From: Amoebidium appalachense
Taxonomy: Eukaryota; Protista; Ichthyosporea
Length of the DNA: 64,000 bases
NCBI GenBank assembly: GCA_963693365.1
Contig: CAVNZM010000012.1
Coordinates: 124,001 to 188,000 of the forward strand
Reading direction: 5' to 3'
Shown here: piece after piece, positions 14,571-25,445 of the stretch
Layout of the letters: every line of letters begins with the position of its first letter
Numbering within the stretch: the stretch's first letter is position 1
Made by a program: the position numbers and the translations under genes
Notes under the pieces: generated by a model
The model's database searches: none
Seen by the model: only the letters and a program-made list of their open reading frames with translations
Told to the model about the DNA's origin: nothing

Positions 14571-14885
14571 ATCCTTCAACAGCTCTTAAGGACAACAAAC
14601 ACCCACCTCGTTCCAGTCGGACTCGCCGTGGCGCACAAAGATAATGGTCTTAGTGCGCACCTCACCGTCCTTGTCTCTGAACGCTATGTCGGGGTCCTGA
14701 GGCTTAGCCCACTTTCTGTCCTTGGAAAAGACCATCTGGAAGGCACCGAGCATAAACAGCTCGCACTTGTACACAAAGTTGGCTACGGGCCCGCTGTAGA
14801 ACGAGGCCACGTAGGTCACTATAGCAACGGCTATAAAGGTAAGCAGGTTGTCTGCTAGAGACATGATGAAGGATAGGAGCCCCAT
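9069..14885 (-). CDS. Histidine phosphatase (phosphoglycerate-mutase superfamily) with N-terminal hydrophobic segment. Exons 14885-14607, 14194-14082, 13511-13448, 12600-12497, 11528-11390, 10857-10759, 9332-9069
   Basis: IIFVRHGESDWN, DSPLSELG, NLRRAIATA, LQE and IVGGGHS motifs. All six GT-AG introns are phase-consistent. TAA stop at 9069-9071. Confidence 0.9.
10889..11020. repeat. Short intronic minisatellite (cacagacaggcacactgccctgcatgcac-like units)
   Basis: About four imperfect tandem units are visible. Confidence 0.7.
12062..12233 (-). ncRNA. Candidate structured intronic RNA with kink-turn and pseudoknot, copy B, in intron 4 of the phosphatase gene (sense)
   Basis: The reverse complement aligns end to end with 22767-22945. 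Termini are nearly identical; the middle is diverged, with compensatory and G-U pairs. Confidence 0.65.
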
Positions 14886-17806
14886 GGCGCCTAATGCCCT
14901 AACAGAGAGGCACTGTTACAAGGGTGGTGTTTTTCTTACAACTTCAAAAACTGAAACTGGAGGAAAGTGGTTGCGACGCAACTTTGTGAGTGAGCCCACA
15001 CGTTGGAATGCGGCGTTTTGTTTAGCATATCGATTTGCTATCTTCGGTAATCGTTGGAACAATGTTATATAAAAGGCACTTAAATTATATAACTCAGGAA
15101 AATATCCTTTACTATCATGCCTATGAATATCCACAAATAAGAATTGGGTAAACCCGCTGCAGGGCAGGTCCGTACGCGTGAAAGCTGCCGCTGTGCTCCC
15201 TGCTGGTTGGCCCTCTGCAGGCTACACTCGTGCACACGTGTCACCCAGTTTTGCCACCCTTGGGCCATTTACAAACCCTCCCTGCCAGCTTGCACGAATG
15301 CGCAACCATGTGCTGAAGCATGCATGTTTTAATCCAAGGATGCATTTCCCACCGCACATCGATCGCGAGCTGTGTGCGTGCAGATCCAAAATGCTAATTG
15401 CTAACACCAAGCCGTTAAGAGATACACACTTGCCCGTTGAGAATCCCCTCCCCACAGCATTCTACGAACCCCCTCCCCCCCCCCCCCCCCCCCCCTCCAG
15501 CCCCGGGCCCCCCTTCGAAGATCTACTCCGAGCCCCTTCCCTCCACCTCCCCCCCAGCCCCCATCCCGCACCACCCCCCCGGTCATTCACAGCGCCCCCT
15601 CTCTTTCAGATTCTCCTCCTCCCTCCCCTCTCCCCCCCCCCCCCCCCCCCCCGGCCCACCCCCTTCTGCCTTCATGCTAATTGTCTTGGACATCCTCTCC
15701 TCTACTCAGCACCACCGGCCGCCTGAACACGATTCATCTCCACCGCTCCTTGGGGCCTGAGGCGAGAGTCTGCTGATATTCAAGCTTAGGGGGCGTGTGT
15801 ACAGGGTGGGCAGCAGCGGGGGGGAAGAATGGGGGGAGGAGGGAGGGGGAGGGGGGATGGTAGGGAGCTTGAGGTTAATCTTTGTGGTGTTGTTTCAACT
15901 GCAACTGCACGTACATACATGTGAAATAATTACTGGGGTCACTCGCAAGGTGTTCTTTTTATGGTAACAGTTTAAATCGGCCCGGTGTAAGGTCTAATAT
16001 GTATATGTTACTGTTTGTAATGTGTATGGGACGTATGCATGATAAGCCTCAGGGGTACCTTTAATACCTTTTACCTTATCTTAGTCCGATTGCCCATCCC
16101 CCCCTTTCCCCCCTTCTCTTTCCGCCCTCCTCCACTGATGCACACACACACACACGGCCATCGTTGCTTTGTCTTATTTTCCTCCCAGTATTGGTAGCCC
16201 CTAGATGATGTTTCTCTGCCCCTCATATTTATGACATTGAATTTACTAACTAAGTAAAGGCGCTCCGGAAAATACCCTTCGACACAAAATAATCTGCTTT
16301 TTGGAGGATGGGCCAGGCTGCTTCCAAAACAGTTGGTTTCACTTCAAGCCAGTGTATACACACGTACGTGCACACACACACTGTACACACACACACACGC
16401 ACACGCACAAACACACACACACACAAACACACACACAGTCACACACATGCACACGCACACACACGAACACACACACACACAGACACATGCACGCGCGTCC
16501 CCTCCCCCCCAAACCCACACACTCAAACACACACAGTGCAACACTTACAGACACACTATGTACACCGGGACACACGTACCAAAAAATCGCATGCACGTGC
16601 ATATTATAGGCACACATATGTACACAGCAAAAACCTGCATACGTGCACGTGTACGCAAGCACCCTCACACTTGTCATACTCGCACCCAAAAATGCACATT
16701 GCCAAACATGATCTGTAGTAAAGAAGCACACACGCACACAGGGCATTTTCGTCTTATTATATGGAAACACAATTGGCTAGGCTCCTCCGCTATATCGGTC
16801 AGTGTACATGTTATGGAAAAACCAAAAAGGAAATTATCAGCCGGATATTTTTCCTCAAGCTGCAGCCGAAACTTCGCCACCTGCCCCCCCCCCCCCCCCC
16901 TCCCCCCCCCCCCCCCCCTCCCCCTTCAGCCCACTTCCCCCATCTCCCCCCCTTCCCCGTTCCCTTCCGATCCTTTACCCTCTTTCGTTATCTTATGTAC
17001 TGTTAACATTCACCCCCTAGCGGCTAGCCTCGGCAGCAGCCATGTGCATCATTGTAGTTACAAAAATGGGCGACCGATATCTTCGGAGTGGATGACCCGT
17101 GTATGTGGTGAATGCTCATACATGTATATAATACATGAATGGGCGTACATATGTGCACATGACTGCACACGGTTTGGCAAAATTTCCTTGAGTTGGCTGC
17201 CAGCTTATTATTGTGTACCTGCATACGAATCAGATGTGCATTTAGGTCAATATTTATTTGTGTGTGTGCTGCAAGAGGATGTGTGCACCGTTTACCTAAC
17301 ACGGTATGTGAAGGTACGCGAACGTGACGGAAGTTGCAAGTGTGCTGTGAAGTCCGCATCCTCTAGAAACGTTGCATGTTGTTCTTGTGGGATGCATTAT
17401 TATACATGGCATGCACGCTGCGAGTGTGTGGATCAGTCACTACGCCCCCGTGTTCCCGTTGGCCCCCTCACCCCCTTCCCCCAGTGGCCCACCCCCCTTC
17501 TCCTTCCTTCTCCCCCAAACACACACACACACGCACGCGCACACGCCAGTACGCGTGTACACGTGTGTCACGAATGATACACACGGCCACTCACTAATGC
17601 ATGTGCATGCATGTTGCATGCACACGGGGAAAACTTCACCGGCATCGGCGAACAAAACGGTGTGTAGACATCTCCTGCCTCTCCTTCTCAGGGCTAGTTA
17701 ACTGATTGAGTTGCTCCGGAGCTCCCCTGGTAAGTTCTCGCCTGCCCTGTTTACACTGTGGATAGTTTGGTGTCTGAAAAAGTTTTGTTTTGAATTTTTG
17801 CGTGCA

Positions 17807-17831
17807 TTCGCGCGCCAAAACATGGACCAAT
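17807..17831. promoter_or_regulatory. E2F-binding-like site (TTCGCGCGCCAAAA) plus adjacent CCAAT box, upstream of the E2F gene
   Basis: The reverse strand reads TTTTGGCGCGCGAA, matching TTTSSCGC. CCAAT follows about 7 nt downstream. Confidence 0.5.
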
Positions 17832-18728
17832 TAGAATCGACTGGTCTCGAGGCATTTGCCTTTTTAAGACGGAAGCTTGAGAGGTGGGTAGCAGAAAAAG
17901 GGTCACAAAATGTGGCGAGTACCAGTACAAAAAACTTGTGTAAAGTTTTTACAAGTAAGTGTTAATTATTTGGCCAAAATGCTTTTCAATTATAATTTAT
18001 ACATTGTTATAGATATTTTCGCACTGTGCGTGTTGTTTGAGCAACTTAGTTGGCCGAATTTTTTCAACTCACAAATATTACAGAATTTGCGCCTTTACAC
18101 TCCTCCAAGCACCAATCCGCTTCTGGTTGCTGATGTGAGCCATTTTTCGAAACAAACAGAGCCTGTGTTGTTGTGTGTGAAGCTTTTCTCGTTTTTCGCA
18201 AAAAACTGAATAGGTTTTGCCTAAGTAACTGAGCGAATCCATGTTCAATCCTAGCCATCCAAGCCCATCCACAGCTTCAAACGACCTGTAGAGTACCCAA
18301 CACCCATATGTTGCCGAAGCAAATTTTTTGGAAGGGTTGAAAAGGGGCGTGTGTTGGTTAGCAAGCAAATATACTTGAGTATAGACTATTGCAGGTTTAA
18401 TTCTCAATCAGTCACCCTTTGACCCTTTCTCGATTCTTGCAGTTGTTGTCAAGGCGCTTCTTTCTCTATAGTTGAGAATAGAGGTCACATACACACGCAT
18501 ATGAGTTTTCTGTCAAGCCTTCACGCTGCTGATGCCAATGCTAGGACCGTCATTTGAATACACATGAAGTTATATTAAACATCCCGGCTCAGTTACAATA
18601 GTTGAAGCGCAGTAAGCAATTTGTGCGAAAGAAAACAGCCGGGCGTTGTCGTCATTTTTCTCTCTGTCTACGTCCGCCACAAATGCTCATGGTCATGCAG
18701 AGGGGGTGAAGGGCACCCTGCCGTTCTC

Positions 18729-21479
18729 ATGCAGGTAAGGTCCCGTGCATACGTGGCAGTAGGTGATGGGTTGTGTTGTGTATACTATTATCCTAGTTGT
18801 CGCTCATTTCCTACTTTATATTAGCACAGAATCATATATGGTTATCTGCTTTCGATTGCTTTTGCCCTCGCATACTTTTTGCTGGGAGGGGAATGGGGGG
18901 GGGGGGGGGGAAGGAATGAAGAGATATGAAGGGTGAATGGGGGAAAGGGGTGGGAGGGAGCAGTCGGGGGCAGTCCCGTTTCTTTCTTTTGTGACTACTG
19001 TAGACACCCTCTTTGTAAGGAGGCCTTGTCTTTCCTTTTGCAATCACAAAACACAAGGTCTGAAACTCTAGGCATCTACATATTTCGTGGGCATTGACGA
19101 ACAGACCTGGTTATGTGTGTAGCTTTGGCTCACAACTCGCTTACTCGTACACAACCTGCCCATGCACGCACGGGCATGACAAGCACACACATTGCACGGA
19201 TGTGCACCACCAGCATACCTGTAGGGACACAAGCACTAGCACAGGCACACTTGCATGCAGGCATGCTCAAGTGCTTATGCCAGCACAATCATGTCTGACC
19301 AGCTGGTCGTGTGCACTGGCACACACGTAAGTGCATACACAAAACACAGACCTATCTGTGCACCTGAACCATACCTCCACAGATCCACAAATGCATCACA
19401 CAACTCTGAGAGCACGAACATAGTTAGAGCCACATAAACACGTGGTGGACACATGAACACATGAATATCAAGCACGTTGGCCTCTTGCAATTCTGTTTTC
19501 TTTTAATTATTCAGTTCACTTACAAGCTGATTGTGGTAGTCAAGGCATTATGGACAGGCACTTCCACCACACGACCACGGTTTGATGTTATGTTATACTG
19601 GCAAATACACACAGAAGAACACACATTGGGGTGTGCAGGGGGCCTGTATGTGTGCCGTGTGTGGGCACAGCTCGGGCCCACACACACAGCACACGTATTC
19701 CTTTACACCATAGACGATATTTGTCCTGTAAGCCCTCGTTAGGTTGTAGTACTGCACGGGCCGTGCACTCATAACGACACACCTCTAAGGTACAATACAT
19801 TTAGAAAGCACGTGTTTAAAGTGAGGCAATATTCAGTATGCATCTTCCCACACCCCCACCTTGCACACATGGCACAACCGCGCACGTGGCTAACACGTGG
19901 CTACAGCAAAATCGCACGGTCAAGCGGAAGCTTCTGGAGGACTACGATGACGAGGACACGGCCAACGGCTATGACAGCCCCCCGCCTAAGAAGTCAAAGG
20001 GAGGCCTACAGGATAGCCCCCCAGGTATGCGCACGTGTGTGTGTGTGCGTGCGTGTGTGTGTGTGTGTGCGTGTGTGTCTGTTTGTATGCTCAAACACGT
20101 GATTGTATGCACGGGTATTTGTGTTGGTGTGTGCAGATTTGTACATGTTAATGGGATGTTCATTGCTCTCCGCCTTGGCAAGTTCGGGAGGAAAGGGGCT
20201 GGGACGGGGGAGCTTATGTAACCTTATGTGTGGTCCTTGCACGTGTAGGGTGTTTTCCGTGATATTAATATTAGCTTAGTGTGCAGTTTCTGATGGTCCC
20301 GTGTTAAGGTTTCTTTGACCTTATACGTGTGTGGTGGTGGCACAAGTGATGTATTGGCATGCCTGGTTTTTTTTTTTTTTATATCTCGAGCGCATGCACC
20401 AAGTGTCAGTGAGGCTTCCGCCACAAATATTTTTTTTCTTTCCAACTTGGTATCTCACACGTTGCAGCTTATTAGACTTTTTTTTTCCCCCTGCTGAACA
20501 TGGTTTTGCATGTTTGATGCTTCTATTTGTGTGTGCTACGTGCCTCTGTTTAGCTGGTGCGAGTGCACGAATGTGCTCGTGATCGCGCACATATAGTAGT
20601 TTCACATGAGCATCACGTGTGGTTTTCCGTGAACAGATGTGCTAGCATTATTTCAATTTGGCCTACAATGATTACATGGACGACTCTTGCCCACCCCTCC
20701 CTCCTGAAACACACACGTAGCACACACATACACGCGCGCGCGGGGGTGCACACACACACACACATACACACACAATTTGCTCTCACCACCGCGACTAACA
20801 GCACCGCTGTGCCCGCTCAATCTTCGGTTGCCTGCCCTGTGCTCGTGTGTGCCCTTCAATCTTTGTACTTGCTCCCCCGTCTTCTTGTTGTGCTAGTGCC
20901 CTAATGTGCTTACGGATACGTTTCTTGCCCTATGTCTGCGCAATGCATGCACGTGTACCTCTGACGCTGGGATTGTTTCCAGGTGGTTGCACCGCGTCTT
21001 TGTCATATGGCTGCACTCTGTTGGTGTGTCTATCTCGCCTCTTGTCGTTTTCAGTGCATATACAGGGTCTTCAATGGATGCAGCACTTTCTCTGCTTCGT
21101 TCTGGCCTTTTTCTGTGCGTGCACGAGCCAGTCCACGGGAGGTGGTCGCATGGGTGTGTTGGCATTGTGTTGACGTGATGTGTTTTTCAGACGGCAAAGG
21201 CACACGGTTCGACACATCGCTTGGTCTGTTGACCAAGAAGTTCACCACCTTGCTGCGGGAGGTACCCGACGGCATACTGGACCTGAACAAGGCAGCAGAG
21301 ACACTGGGGGTGCCCAAGAGGCGCATCTACGACATCACGAATGTGCTGGAAGGCATTGGGCTCATCGAGAAGAAGTCAAAGAACAACATCCAGTGGAAGT
21401 ACGTGCATGCCCGTCACACGTCCTCTGAAAGCCTGTTCTGCGGATAGATGAAGCTATGTGTAGGGACGTGCATGCACGT

Positions 21480-21518
<39 letters not shown>

Positions 21519-22085
21519 TCCCGGGGGGGGGGGGGGGGGGGAAGAGAGCGAGAGGGGAGGGGAGGAGGAGGAAGCAGCTCGTGGGATGGATGTTTCCCAC
21601 CTGCTTGCTGGAATTCTAATGTACTGCCAGCAGATGTCCACATGTAGTCTTCCTTTTCGGGCGGTGTGTTATGTAACTCATACAAGCCGCATTGTGTTGC
21701 CGACTCTACCAGGCTTAAAGAGGTTTTCTTTTAGGTATTCGAGTCGGGTCAGACCCGAATGGGATAGATGCTATATGATCTGCTTGGAGCGCATTAAACA
21801 GCATTCGGCCCCACCCGAGGACCAAAAAGGGGTGACAATAAATGGGCGTAAAAGAAACCTTTTAATTGTGTGCACATGTCCTTACACACACGTGTAGGGG
21901 TGTAGGGCCTGGGGGTGCCGGGGACGAGCTAGGCAGCCAGCTGGAGGCACTGCGTCGAGAGATCGAGGAGCTGGGCAAGGAGGAGGCGGCACTGGACCAC
22001 CACAGCTTCATCATGCAGAACAGCCTAAGGTCACTGGCTGAGGATGCTGACAACATCAGATATCCTAAAAAGAAAAGGGGGGAAA

Positions 22086-22123
<38 letters not shown>

Positions 22124-22493
22124 TGTTTTGCATGTTTTTTTCTGCGTGTTTCTTTCCTTCCCTTTTTTTTTTTTTTTTTTTTTTTTGCCACCCTTTTTTT
22201 TCCCTGGGTTGTTGTTCTGGGCACACGTGCGGTATGTTTTCCATTGGTGTGGCTATACCCTTGACCTTGTGCACGTTGGCGTATGTGACGCACAGCGACA
22301 TACGGGGGATACCGTCGTTCAAGCAGGACACACTCATCACTATCAAGGCCCCATCAGGCACACGCCTGGAGGTCCCTGACCCTGACGAGGTGGGTGCTCT
22401 GGTGCGCGTCGTAAAACTCTATGCATGCTCTGGGAATGTGGACTTCGTTCTGTGTCCCCCTTTTTTTTAATTATAATCCCCCCCCCCCCCCCC

Positions 22494-22526
<33 letters not shown>

Positions 22527-24181
22527 ACACACACACATTCCTAATCCTCTTGTTCACATGCGTCATGTGTTTGTGTGTGCACACTGTTTATTGCCCTGTT
22601 CATCTCTGTATCTTTCACCGTGATTGTGCCCCCCCCCCCCCCCCCCCCAGACATCTTTACTTCCATGCAACCGGGCATGGTTGCTCTGTGTCGTGCATCT
22701 GTAAGCACATACGCGTTTGTCGCTGCACTGCATTAGTTTGCACATACATCTTCACCGTTTTGCTCACCTTGCTTGCATAAGCAACCCTGCTCGTCTTTGA
22801 TCAAGACGGGTTGACCCACCCAAGTTCAGTTGATGCTGCTGTCTGAGTTGGAGCGTCGTATATACGCGGGCTAAGGGGTCGAAACTCAGACGCAATTGAT
22901 GACTTGGGCCCTCCCTGAGGATGGGCTCTGCTTATGACGCATACTGTGCGCATGGCTGATGCTGCATACTTGAATGTTTGCCTTTGCATGTGTCCTGCAC
23001 CATGCTTCTCATCGTGTATGCGTACTTCGTACTGTGTTCCGCATTCAAAACCCCCCCTGTCTTCTTTCAGAGGTGTCCTTTCAGGACAGACCACTGTGTG
23101 GAGACATCTTTACTTCCATGCAACCGGGCATGGTTGCTCTGTGTCGTGCATCTGTAAGCACATACGCGTTTGTCGCTGCACTGCATTAGTTTGCACATAC
23201 ATCTTCACCGTTTTGCTCACCTTGCTTGCATAAGCAACCCTGCTCGTCTTTGATCAAGACGGGTTGACCCACCCAAGTTCAGTTGATGCTGCTGTCTGAG
23301 TTGGAGCGTCGTATATACGCGGGCTAAGGGGTCGAAACTCAGACGCAATTGATGACTTGGGCCCTCCCTGAGGATGGGCTCTGCTTATGACGCATACTGT
23401 GCGCATGGCTGATGCTGCATACTTGAATGTTTGCCTTTGCATGTGTCCTGCACCATGCTTCTCATCGTGTATGCGTACTTCGTACTGTGTTCCGCATTCA
23501 AAACCCCCCCTGTCTTCTTTCAGAGGTGTCCTTTCAGGACAGACCACTGTGTGGAGACATCTTTACTTCCATGCAACCGGGCATGGTTGCTCTGTGTCGT
23601 GCATCTGTAAGCACATACGCGTTTGTCGCTGCACTGCATTAGTTTGCACATACATCTTCACCGTTTTGCTCACCTTGCTTGCATAAGCAACCCTGCTCGT
23701 CTTTGATCAAGACGGGTTGACCCACCCAAGTTCAGTTGATGCTGCTGTCTGAGTTGGAGCGTCGTATATACGCGGGCTAAGGGGTCGAAACTCAGACGCA
23801 ATTGATGACTTGGGCCCTCCCTGAGGATGGGCTCTGCTTATGACGCATACTGTGCGCATGGCTGATGCTGCATACTTGAATGTTTGCCTTTGCATGTGTC
23901 CTGCACCATGCTTCTCATCGTGTATGCGTACTTCGTACTGTGTTCCGCATTCAAACCCCCCCCCCCCCCCCCCCCAAACACACACACACACAGACAGACA
24001 GACACACACAAAAAGAAATCCACTTGCACACGCACACGCACATGTACAAACTCACAATCGCATTAATATTTACATGCACACTTAGCCACCGTGGGTGCTC
24101 GTAAACACGCTTGTCGTTTGCTTGTCCTTTTTTCCACTACTCTTCCCTGAACACAGTCCTGCCCCCCCCCTCCCCCCCCCC

Positions 24182-24212
<31 letters not shown>

Positions 24213-24492
24213 CCTCCCCCTCCCCTTCCCTTCCCTTCCCTTCCCTTCCCTTCCCTTCCCTTCGCTTTTGTGTGCTTTGCAATGTGCCTTGTGATGTCCG
24301 TCATGAATGTGTTCTCCTTGCTTTGTTACACGTTTTTAACCCTCTTCCCACGTGCATAACACACACATGCAGAATGAATAAAAAACTCTTTGTGCTTCTC
24401 TCAGCTCTAACCCCCCTCCGCTCTCCCTCCGGGGTATACTTCGCATTCTACTTTGATGCCAACCTGTCCTCTTCACATCCGATTCAGAGGAG

Positions 24493-24532
<40 letters not shown>

Positions 24533-25076
24533 CACACACACACACACACTCACTCACTCACTCACTCACTCACTCCCACATCTTTACAACCGATGCTGTA
24601 TGTTGGCGCAACCATTTTGGGTATCCACTCACCATCTCACCCTCCTCCCCTTTCAGACTGTTGAGGCGTCCAGGCGCAAGTACCAGATCTACCTCAAGAG
24701 CAGTGGGGGGGCCATTGACGTCTATCTCGTCTCAAAGGACGACGACCCCCTGCCCCAGCCCCCACCCCAGCAGCCACCCCCCATGCAGGATACAGACACA
24801 CGGCCAGGGGCTGGGCCCACACAGGAAGAGCAACAGCAAGACACAGAATTTGCACCCCCACCCCAACGCCCACCAGCATCGCCCCTGGCTGCACTCACAT
24901 CCACACCACCAGGGAAGGGCCACGGGGGGTTGGTTAGGTTGGACCCCCCTCCCATGGACACGGACTATTTTTTCAACCTCGATGACGCAGAGAGTATTGC
25001 TGATTTCTATGACCTCGGGCCCGGGGAGAACCCGGTAGAGGCGACAAAGTGGCAAATAGGAAACCAACAGCCATAG
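18729..25076 (+). CDS. E2F: E2F transcription factor (E2F1-6 type). Exons 18729-18734 (tentative), 19907-20024, 21191-21398, 21898-22059, 22275-22389, 24657-25076
   Basis: DNA-binding domain [13 protein letters not shown]...[27 protein letters not shown]; coiled coil; marked box LAYVTHSDI...[14 protein letters not shown]...YQIYLKS; Rb-binding motif [16 protein letters not shown]; N-terminal VKRKL. The first coding exon is uncertain. Confidence 0.95.
21715..21865. mobile_element. Possible ~150-bp MITE bounded by TTAA, with imperfect terminal inverted repeats
   Basis: TTAAagaggttttctttta ... taaaagaaaccttTTAA, with internal hairpins. Only one copy in the window. Confidence 0.3.
22060..22274 (+). 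other. U12-type (minor spliceosome) AT-AC intron in E2F
   Basis: 5' site ATATCCT, branch site CCTTGAC (22259-22265) and 3' AC. Removing it restores ...DNIR-LAYVT in frame. Confidence 0.92.
22649..23962 (+). repeat. 453-bp tandem repeat, ~2.9 essentially identical copies, in an E2F intron
   Basis: Unit starts at 22649, 23102 and 23555. The identical translations in the ORF track are offset by 453 nt. Poly-C flanks both ends. Confidence 0.97.
22767..22945 (+). ncRNA. Candidate structured intronic RNA with kink-turn and pseudoknot, copy A1 (A2 at 23220-23398, A3 at 23673-23851), sense to E2F
   Basis: Closing helix 22776-22783/22929-22936; hairpin 22790-22810; K-turn helix 22819-22849/22883-22908; pseudoknot 22812-22817/22876-22881. 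Covariation with copy B. Confidence 0.65.
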
Positions 25077-25445
25077 ACTAAGTTGAAAGTGTATGTCATG
25101 TTAATATATGAAGGCTTGTTTTTAGCGTTTGTTCCGAACTATACTTAGCACGTGATTCATGGCGATGTATGTATCTATTCACGTGGCTTCAGGCGTGGAA
25201 ATTTCTTGCTGTGCACAACACGTGGTGTACATGTGCCCGTGTGTTTTACGGGGTAACCAGGTTGTAACACAGGTGCCTCTGTGTTTGGGGCTTACGTGTG
25301 TGTGCACGGCACAGCAAATCATGCAATAATGGCAAGTAAATAAATACGCTGCAGGCCCATGTGGCTGCGGCATAGTTCCAATGAGACATGCATGTGCACG
25401 TGCAGAGGCCTGAGGGTGAAACATGTGGGTGGGGCCAAGGCCCCC

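Noticed and set aside
16333-17577. 414-aa ORF and the many other poly-Pro/Gly/His-Thr/Cys-Val ORFs
   Set aside because: These are translations of homopolymer and dinucleotide tracts with no domain signal.
22812-22881. HDV-like ribozyme (GG-hairpin-GCUAA-P2' resembles the HDV 3' half)
   Set aside because: No P3/L3 (UCCUCGC-like) module, P1 topology is wrong, and the would-be catalytic C is U in copy B.
22841-22891. Hammerhead ribozyme (GUCUGAG-UU ... C-GAAA-CUCAGAC looks like stem III)
   Set aside because: There is no CUGANGA core in the right place (CUAAGGG instead), and copy B has GAAG rather than GAAA.
22776-22936. Telomerase RNA or standard C/D snoRNA identity for the K-turn element
   Set aside because: GCAACCCUGC is not a 1.5-repeat template for TTAGGG or TTTAGGG. 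The C-box candidate UGAUCA is non-canonical, and the would-be D' guide segment is not conserved between copies.
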